The position numbers and the translations under genes were made by a program. The notes under the pieces are model-generated. The model was not told the origin of the DNA, searched no databases, and saw nothing but the letters and a program-made list of their open reading frames with translations. DNA of 64,000 nucleotides, taken from an uncultured virus (IMG/VR IMGVR_UViG_3300044645_001931). Its lineage: Duplodnaviria > Heunggongvirae > Uroviricota > Caudoviricetes. Positions 27,651-33,992 of the stretch are shown here, piece after piece. The stretch lies in IMG/VR virus record IMGVR_UViG_3300044645_001931; one strand, 5' to 3'. Position 1 is the stretch's first letter. Every line of letters begins with the position of its first letter.

Positions 27651-27823
27651 GTGAGTTGAATTGATGTGTGGTCTAGAAGACTGTGTAAGTCTACCAGGGT
27701 ATGCAAGTACTGAAGCATGTATTAAGAGATGTAATGCATAGGAAGTACTTATGTATATAGAAGGGTCCCCCCTGGTTCTCCTTGGGGGAGTGTGAGGGGG
27801 GAATACATGTGTACTACCTGATG

Positions 27824-28111
27824 TTATCGATGCATTTCCTGGTGTTCTTTCCAGGCAGCTGCATGCATTTCTGCTGCAGTGATGGGTGGTTCACCAGGTT
27901 CGTTAGGTGTTGGATCGTAGTCGATCTCATCTTCTAGCATGCCGATTACCTCATCGATAACGTCACGCATGTGTGGATCGAGATGCTCGTCCATCTGATG
28001 ACGCTTATCTTCGCGAGCACAGATAGCTTTGAGTGCATCAACTACTAGTTGCAGTTGATGATACTCATTCTTGGTCCAGTCAATTGCTGGATACTTCTTA
28101 GCTTGTTCCAT
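27824..28111 (-). CDS. Hypothetical early protein
   Basis: 95 aa ORF preceded by the pseudoknot and leader. Confidence 0.65.
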   Translation of the reverse strand: MEQAKKYPAIDWTKNEYHQLQLVVDALKAICAREDKRHQMDEHLDPHMRDVIDEVIGMLEDEIDYDPTPNEPGEPPITAAEMHAAAWKEHQEMHR

Positions 28112-28167
28112 GGTTGAGTTGATGGTGAGTAGGATGGACTGAGCAGTTTAAGGACATACTTAGGTCC

Positions 28168-28395
28168 ATGTTATTAGCTGGTAGATATGCAATGAATAAC
28201 AGTTCTTTCCTTCAAGGGTGGCAACAAGAATACATGAAGGCTCATGGTTCTATGCCACCACAAGATAAAGTAATGGACTTCTTAACATCTGTTGTACGGA
28301 ATGAAAGCATTCCGATGCAAAACAAACAAGCAGAGCTTAGGTTGTTAGATCAGATGCAAAGGTTTACACCTGATGTACGTAATGTAGTCGGATAA
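28168..28395 (+). CDS. Hypothetical protein, antisense to the early arm
   Basis: 75 aa ORF MLLAGRY... Confidence 0.5.
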   Translation: MLLAGRYAMNNSSFLQGWQQEYMKAHGSMPPQDKVMDFLTSVVRNESIPMQNKQAELRLLDQMQRFTPDVRNVVG

Positions 28396-28516
28396 AAACC
28401 TGGGACTTATGCATCGTACTTACGTAGGTGCTGCCCAGGATTGAGGCTATGACTGAAGTATTGGCATGTATTCGCTATTTGCGAATAGCGAACAATACTA
28501 CGGCACTGTTATAACG

Positions 28517-28759
28517 TCATGCGCTCTTAGGTGAAAGCATGATCCATGCAGTGTAGTTAGCACTGCTTCTGTCTACACGTATCAATCCGTATTCTTCCAG
28601 TCGCACCAAGGCCTGGAGATATTGCTCAAGCCTTGAGTTTTGCGATGGAAGCTTAGGTACGAAGCATGGTGTATTCCCATACTTCTTCCTGTGATTGAGG
28701 TAGTACGCATAGAGATTGCGTTGGTTGATACTGAGTGCAGGTGTTACAGTTGCTTGCAT
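28517..28759 (-). CDS. Putative winged-helix protein
   Basis: LSINQRNLYAY...YLQALVRLEEYGLIRVDR. Confidence 0.55.
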   Translation of the reverse strand: MQATVTPALSINQRNLYAYYLNHRKKYGNTPCFVPKLPSQNSRLEQYLQALVRLEEYGLIRVDRSSANYTAWIMLSPKSA

Positions 28760-28762
28760 TGA

Positions 28763-29131
28763 TCAGCAGTAGTACGGACGGGATTCAGGATAAGCCTTAG
28801 CTAGTTCGTTGGAGAAACTGATGTCGATGTTGGATCGAGTTGTCGTATCTCCAAGAGAACGTTGGTCTTCGATCTCGTACTTCTCGAAGTACTTGACGTA
28901 GACCTGGACCGCTTGCTTCTTGGAGAAGATGCAGTGGCTGACAAGCGGGTCTCCTTGGGTGTAGTACCAACCTCCTTCTTCGGGTCCGCCGTACCTGAGG
29001 TAGGTTTCGTGGACCGTGACGACCGTTGGGTCTTTGTGCTCGAAGTACTTGTGCACGTTGTAGGCATTGATTGCGAAGCGTGCTTTGTAGGACTTGGGGT
29101 AGAACTTCTTGAGTTCTGAGATGTAAGACAT
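28763..29131 (-). CDS. Hypothetical phage protein
   Basis: YGGPEEGGWYY...YPESRPYYC motif. Confidence 0.7.
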   Translation of the reverse strand: MSYISELKKFYPKSYKARFAINAYNVHKYFEHKDPTVVTVHETYLRYGGPEEGGWYYTQGDPLVSHCIFSKKQAVQVYVKYFEKYEIEDQRSLGDTTTRSNIDISFSNELAKAYPESRPYYC

Positions 29132-29218
29132 GATGCAAACTCCGTGATGATGATTGAAATGATTGCAATCAGGATGACGATGATGTCACCGTCATCCCAT
29201 GCTTGACGCAGTGTGTAC

Positions 29219-29365
29219 TTAGGCTTGGTCATCGTAGGTCTCCAGTTCAGGTGGGTTGAGTTCGTATTCTTCACGCATGGCTTGCTCCTGCTGGTATGCA
29301 AGATCAGCCATTGCGTCAAGATAGTCAGCGTTGCGCTGCTCGTCAATGAAGTTAGGGTCTCTCAT
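29219..29365 (-). CDS. Small acidic protein (48 aa)
   Basis: MRDPNFIDEQRNADYLDAMADLAY...; follows the pseudoknot variant and leader. Confidence 0.55.
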   Translation of the reverse strand: MRDPNFIDEQRNADYLDAMADLAYQQEQAMREEYELNPPELETYDDQA

Positions 29366-29418
29366 GGTTTGAGTTGAGATTGTGTCTGCGTTTATAGGAT
29401 GCGCAGCCCCCTGGTATT

Positions 29419-30069
29419 ATGAATACAACACACGTGTTGTATATGCCAATACCAATGCAGTTAGTCGGTAAAGGATTTGTGCCGCCTGGTTATGGGTCCA
29501 GGGATTTCAAGGATGAAATTAATCCTGGCATAAATCTCAGGCAAACAAATCCTTTGGGATGGCAAGAGATAAATAAAGATAACATTGGTGCTGCGTTCCA
29601 AGGATTATTAAATACTGTGACAGCTAATCCTGCACAGTACACTCCCGGATATGATCCAATGCTTGATCAAGGTGGTCATCATCCTGGCGCCAAGCAATTG
29701 ATTGGTGCTTTCACAGGACAAGGCATTAACTTGACAGATGACACCGGAAGTGTGCAGTTAACTCCTGGTGGATTAAACATACAGTCAAACAAAGGTTGGT
29801 CTGCTGGATTTAATCCGACAGGTGGGAATATAAATGTTGGACCTGTAGGAATACAAGGTACATGGGCAGGAGATAAAAGCATTCAAGCCACAGTAAATCT
29901 TGGTAGACCCAAAGAATTTTCAGGTGGCTTTATGACTCCTCCCATGATGCAAGAGTTCTTGAATCCTGTTCAAGAACCAGTAGTGCAAACAGGTCCTTCA
30001 GCAGGTAGGCAGTTAATGCTGGAGCAAACAGATGAGTACTTACGTCGTAACCCATATGGTTACCGTTGA
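29419..30069 (+). CDS. Hypothetical Gly-rich protein, antisense to the early arm
   Basis: 216 aa ORF ending RRNPYGYR. Confidence 0.65.
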   Translation: MNTTHVLYMPIPMQLVGKGFVPPGYGSRDFKDEINPGINLRQTNPLGWQEINKDNIGAAFQGLLNTVTANPAQYTPGYDPMLDQGGHHPGAKQLIGAFTGQGINLTDDTGSVQLTPGGLNIQSNKGWSAGFNPTGGNINVGPVGIQGTWAGDKSIQATVNLGRPKEFSGGFMTPPMMQEFLNPVQEPVVQTGPSAGRQLMLEQTDEYLRRNPYGYR

Positions 30070-30317
30070 ATAAAGTACTGAGGCAATTGAATACGTGCAC
30101 AGTAATAGACATGTGATGTACTGGTGCATGCGTAGTCTTGGTTAGATCCATCCCAGATGAAACGTTGTCCATCTGAGAATGTAATATAGCCAGTACCAAG
30201 GTACTGTTGAATGCACACTGTCGTGGTGCATATGAAGTTGAGCATGGGTTGAGCTGAGTAAATGGACAGTAAACCCTGGGACTTACACACCGTGCTTACG
30301 TCGGTGCTGCCCAGGGA

Positions 30318-30542
30318 TCAGAAGGTATTAGCCACCTTTGTTGCTAAGGAATCAACAAAGGTTGAACCATCTTCTTGGAATGCGAGCATGTATTGTTCAC
30401 GCTCGTCTTCATCCATCAGTGCACCCAAGGTGTGGTGTGCATGATAGAAGGCTAGTGCGTTGACGATTGCATACTTCTCATCAACGGTGATGATGAGGTG
30501 ATACCGCTTGTTGTCTTCAGTCTGATCCATGAGTGCGCCCAT
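30318..30542 (-). CDS. Hypothetical protein
   Basis: Leader motif upstream. Confidence 0.6.
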   Translation of the reverse strand: MGALMDQTEDNKRYHLIITVDEKYAIVNALAFYHAHHTLGALMDEDEREQYMLAFQEDGSTFVDSLATKVANTF

Positions 30543-30627
30543 GTTGAGTTGAGGTAGGTGAATAGTTGAGCATGGGACTTACACCACTCTTGCGAATGGT
30601 TCTCAATAGTGGATGCCCATGTGTTGG

Positions 30628-30984
30628 TCACTTCATGTAGAGGTATGAGCCAGCGCAATCAGCATCTTGGATGCAGGTGGCAAACGATACCTCGTCCATG
30701 AGGTTATAACGTACGTGCTTAGCTGGTGCCTTCCAGCTTGCTGGTTTAAAGACACAGCCAGTCTGGCGATGTATGAATGCATGTACGCAGGCACCAGTGT
30801 TGCCATTCAACGTTGAGCGTTTGACGTCACGTTGGATGAGCTTGTAGTACTTGACGCCTTTGACCATGTCAAATGCAATGCCGCCATCTCCGTACTGCTT
30901 AGCGTACTGTGCAAGCAGCTTGTCGATCAGGCATTGGATGCGTGCCTCAAGTACTTCGGTGTGTTCTTTGAGTTGTGTGGTCAT
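30628..30984 (-). CDS. Conserved phage protein
   Basis: VHAFI...TG.VFKPASWKAPAKHVRYNL motif, recalled from T4-like cyanophages. Confidence 0.7.
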   Translation of the reverse strand: MTTQLKEHTEVLEARIQCLIDKLLAQYAKQYGDGGIAFDMVKGVKYYKLIQRDVKRSTLNGNTGACVHAFIHRQTGCVFKPASWKAPAKHVRYNLMDEVSFATCIQDADCAGSYLYMK

Positions 30985-31198
30985 GTCAGCGAGTGATTGT
31001 AGGTTGTGCTTTGGTGGACTGTGGATTGATGTTGGTAAAATCCACACCCACTAGTGCCATGCCACTGATGGTGGCAAGGAGGAGTGCGAGGAGGGCAATA
31101 GCAATTGATCCAAGACGATTCTCAGGATAAGACTCATAAGAATCAAGGATCACATACTTGCCTTTGCCCATTGAGTAGATGGTCTTCATGGTGTTAGA

Positions 31199-31471
31199 TC
31201 AGATGGTTGCAAGGATGTAGCGACAAGCAATATAGTCTTGGTCAGGAAGTGAAACGTAGGTACCTTGTTCGTGTGAGCCATAGGTATCTATCCACTGACC
31301 ATCGATCAGTACATCGAGACATTCAAGGTATGCGTCGATGTACTCACGTGCTTGTTCCGTTGTTGCTACCCACTGGAGATAGCAAACATCCTTCTTGCAT
31401 TCGATGTAATAGTGATCGATCTTGAACAAGCTGATTGCATTGTCAATCTCGTCTCTGCCGATAGTGAGCAT
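31199..31471 (-). CDS. Hypothetical protein
   Basis: 90 aa ORF. Confidence 0.55.
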   Translation of the reverse strand: MLTIGRDEIDNAISLFKIDHYYIECKKDVCYLQWVATTEQAREYIDAYLECLDVLIDGQWIDTYGSHEQGTYVSLPDQDYIACRYILATI

Positions 31472-31546
31472 CGTGTGGTGTGCGATGGATTGGTGTCCAG
31501 GATATAGAGTCCTGGTGGGAAGGGCCGAAGCCCCTCCGATCAGGAG

Positions 31547-31786
31547 TCAGTCCTCATGCCTGCGTTCCCAACGAAGCAGATCCCTGTTGAGATCTACCTT
31601 GTGTTGGAGTAGCACGCAGAATGGGACTAGGTCTTGGAACTGGGCTAACCCATCTTGCCATTGGAAGAAGAGTTGTAGTGCAGCTTGACGCTGTTCTTCA
31701 ATCTCTTGGTCAATGGCAGGGGAGTCTCTGCGAGCCAATAGACGTGCGTCTTGGGTCAGCAGTTGTTCAACAGCTTTAGGAGTCAT
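31547..31786 (-). CDS. Hypothetical protein
   Basis: MTPKAVEQLL... Confidence 0.55.
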   Translation of the reverse strand: MTPKAVEQLLTQDARLLARRDSPAIDQEIEEQRQAALQLFFQWQDGLAQFQDLVPFCVLLQHKVDLNRDLLRWERRHED

Positions 31787-31886
31787 GGTCTCCAGTTGGT
31801 GTCGTGTGGTGTAATGCAGGGAGAACCCTGCAGAAAACCCACCGTCGATACGAATTCGTATCAAGACGGAAGGTTAAGTGCAGGGT

Positions 31887-32102
31887 TCAGTTCATGTACT
31901 TACTGTTGATGCAGAAGTACGTGTCACCAAGGAAAGACTTGGTGTAGATCAGGTTATGTCCTGGTTGGTTGTGGCACGTGGCCTTGTAGTGTCTGTTGAG
32001 AACTTTCTGTGCTCCAACAGATAGGAGTAAGCCAAGACCAGTCCCACAAAGGATAGCAACACAGGCGTCTGAGAAGTAGTTACGTTGGTAGTTGCGTTGC
32101 AT
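31887..32102 (-). CDS. Small membrane-anchored protein
   Basis: Hydrophobic helix and a Cys pair. Confidence 0.55.
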   Translation of the reverse strand: MQRNYQRNYFSDACVAILCGTGLGLLLSVGAQKVLNRHYKATCHNQPGHNLIYTKSFLGDTYFCINSKYMN

Positions 32103-32105
32103 GAA

Positions 32106-32294
32106 TCAGTTACCTTGCTTAGGTTGGATAATGAATGCCATGTCGTTCGGCATGATGAGTGCCGCCGCCCGAGTACGATACTCGTTCAGCTTCTCCGTCA
32201 TGCCTGCCTTAGTAGGTACCTTGACATTCTCAACTGCTGCCGCAGTATTGACAAGGATTGACGCAAGGTTCTTGCGGATGTTCAGTGCAGTCAT
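32106..32294 (-). CDS. Hypothetical protein
   Basis: 62 aa ORF. Confidence 0.55.
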   Translation of the reverse strand: MTALNIRKNLASILVNTAAAVENVKVPTKAGMTEKLNEYRTRAAALIMPNDMAFIIQPKQGN

Positions 32295-32362
32295 TGTGTC
32301 GTGTGGTATAGGAGCAGGAATTGAATCCTGCAGTAAAGGGCCGAAGCCCCTTAGAGCAGGAA

Positions 32363-32611
32363 TCAGAAGATAGTCCCAGCCATTGTGTCGAGATGGAGTT
32401 GGCTGATGTGCTGATAGTAATCAGACATAGCAGCTAGTAACTCCTTGGTACCGCAAGGGATACCTCCACCAAGTGTCTGGGAGTAACGCTCGATCCAGTC
32501 AGGATCTCCCTTGTAGTCATCTACCTGCACTTGGTAGTGAAGCATGGTTGATTCTCCTCCATGCCAGGTGATGCGCTCGGTTGCACCTTCGTAGGGGTAG
32601 TAGCACAGCAT
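32363..32611 (-). CDS. Hypothetical protein
   Basis: Start MLCYYPY after the leader motif. Confidence 0.55.
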   Translation of the reverse strand: MLCYYPYEGATERITWHGGESTMLHYQVQVDDYKGDPDWIERYSQTLGGGIPCGTKELLAAMSDYYQHISQLHLDTMAGTIF

Positions 32612-32692
32612 AGTGTTGAGTTGAGTAAATGCCACTGAGTTGTGGCAATACTGAACCAGGGAATTGCACCCTGGAACGCCGCTTAGACGGAC

Positions 32693-32872
32693 TCAGATGT
32701 CGTAACCGTTGGTGATGCACCAGTTACGGTGGAGTGTGTCATGCTCCTTAGGCCAGTCATGGTTAATGCATTGGTGAGCAGTTGCCTTATCTGTGAAGTA
32801 GATAACGGCTTGCCCACCAATACCCATGATGGAAGCAGCGATGATCACGTAGGTTGCAATGCGTTGAGTCAT
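32693..32872 (-). CDS. Small membrane-anchored protein (59 aa)
   Basis: MTQRIATYVIIAASIMGIGG...QCINHDWP...WCITNGYDI. Confidence 0.55.
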   Translation of the reverse strand: MTQRIATYVIIAASIMGIGGQAVIYFTDKATAHQCINHDWPKEHDTLHRNWCITNGYDI

Positions 32873-32986
32873 GGTGTTGTGTAATGTGTAAACGTTGCTA
32901 CGTTTAACGTCCAGCTCGACGAAAGATCCTGGTAACTGTTCTGTAAGACCAACAGGCGGCTGTAGCCTAAATGGGGTCGCGCACGA

Positions 32987-33023
32987 GGTATAAATACCTA
33001 GTCGTGGGTATAAATACCTAGTG
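32987..33023. repeat. Tandem direct repeat GGTATAAATACCTAGT (x2)
   Basis: Two exact 16-nt copies 21 nt apart, each a small inverted repeat (GGTAT..ATACC). Confidence 0.8.
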
Positions 33024-33114
33024 AATTGACAAGGATTGTACGGTAATTAGGTGGGGATTAAGTTGATTGAGGGCTGTAGTAAACCCTGGCTCTCACCAGG
33101 GTAAAGTACAAACG

Positions 33115-33381
33115 TCAAAGGCAACTGCCTTCGATAACTAATCCGTGATCTTCGGGACGGCGTGTGATCCACACCTTCCACATCACGTCGTTATCCATGT
33201 AAACTTCGCACTCATACAGTTCCTCTAACAGGAACTTAATCACTTGGCTAGCTGTCCAGCCACTGGCTCGCAGCACGCCAGACTTCATGACAACCTTCTT
33301 GCCTGCTCGCAGCGCAAACGCTGCATCGACAAGTCGGCTAGTCATCTCATCTGTGCTAATCGTCGTCATTACTGTCGTCAT
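33115..33381 (-). CDS. First gene of the early arm, hypothetical
   Basis: 88 aa ORF preceded by the pseudoknot variant. Confidence 0.55.
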   Translation of the reverse strand: MTTVMTTISTDEMTSRLVDAAFALRAGKKVVMKSGVLRASGWTASQVIKFLLEELYECEVYMDNDVMWKVWITRRPEDHGLVIEGSCL

Positions 33382-33618
33382 GGTACCGAATCGTGTGGTT
33401 TGCCTGCGTTTCTACGGATGCGCAGCCCCCGATACTTATTCAACCCACCCCACCTTTCTTTTTTTCTATACGCAATTCATCACGCGTGGGGTGTTGGAGA
33501 AGCGTCAGTAAATTTTTTCTCCTTTTTTGGTCCCTATAGGGCCGGCCTTATGTATCAATACGTACATAACACCTAAAATGTGTAGCGGTATCAAGGGTTT
33601 TGCCCAAAAATACAAACA

Positions 33619-33646
33619 AAAATGCCGGGGTTTTAGTGCCCCGGCA
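33619..33646 (-). terminator. Rho-independent terminator
   Basis: tgccgggg/ccccggca hairpin with a T run on the minus strand, after ORF 33680. Confidence 0.65.
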
Positions 33647-33679
33647 GTGTAGTTAAATAATCTTAGGTGTTTTTACTTA

Positions 33680-33880
33680 TCAGCCTTTAGCTTTTTTGGC
33701 GGCAACCGCCGCTTCAAAATAAGATTCGGGATCAGGGCGTTGATTTACTAGCTCTTTGCGTGCGCCAGAGACAAATCCCTGTACATCAAGGGAGTCTGCA
33801 CCGCTTTCCGCCAATTTTTTGGCTTCGTTTTCAATTGCTTCAAGTGCAATAATGCGCTCGGCCCTGTTCTTGGGGTTCAT
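33680..33880 (-). CDS. Hypothetical protein
   Basis: 66 aa ORF with its own terminator. Confidence 0.6.
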   Translation of the reverse strand: MNPKNRAERIIALEAIENEAKKLAESGADSLDVQGFVSGARKELVNQRPDPESYFEAAVAAKKAKG

Positions 33881-33992
33881 CTTGGTACTTACGACCCAAT
33901 TCCTTTTGTCTTCATACTACTTTACTGCAATCTTTCGCATTTCATGGCCTAAAATACAAATAACAAGCAAACAATAGGTAATAGTTAGTCCC

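Larger units (their letters stand above)
12473..28167 (-). repeat. Dispersed 28-nt pseudoknot motif, six clear copies (12473, 16341, 17670, 20599, 26126, 28140)
   Basis: Consensus CGUC-CUGAGCAU-GACG-UUAAAC-UGCUCA with compensatory changes in both helices. Confidence 0.85.
23793..30621 (-). repeat. Dispersed hairpin motif GGGCA-[variable stem]-RUAAGUCCC, five copies (23793, 26870, 28399, 30274, 30571)
   Basis: Conserved asymmetric core with covarying outer and inner stems. Confidence 0.85.

Noticed and set aside
28797..29346. Three stacked minus-strand ORFs
   Set aside because: Only 28763-29131 and the short upstream ORFs look like proteins; the others are alternative frames.
30588..30609. 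Fur-box-like TTGCGAATGGTTCTCAATA
   Set aside because: Single imperfect instance, already explained as the apical stem of a hairpin element.
12473..30621. Dispersed repeats as a CRISPR array or as pistol/preQ1 RNAs
   Set aside because: The copies are kilobases apart with no spacers or cas genes; the pistol P2/P3 core and preQ1 consensus residues are absent.
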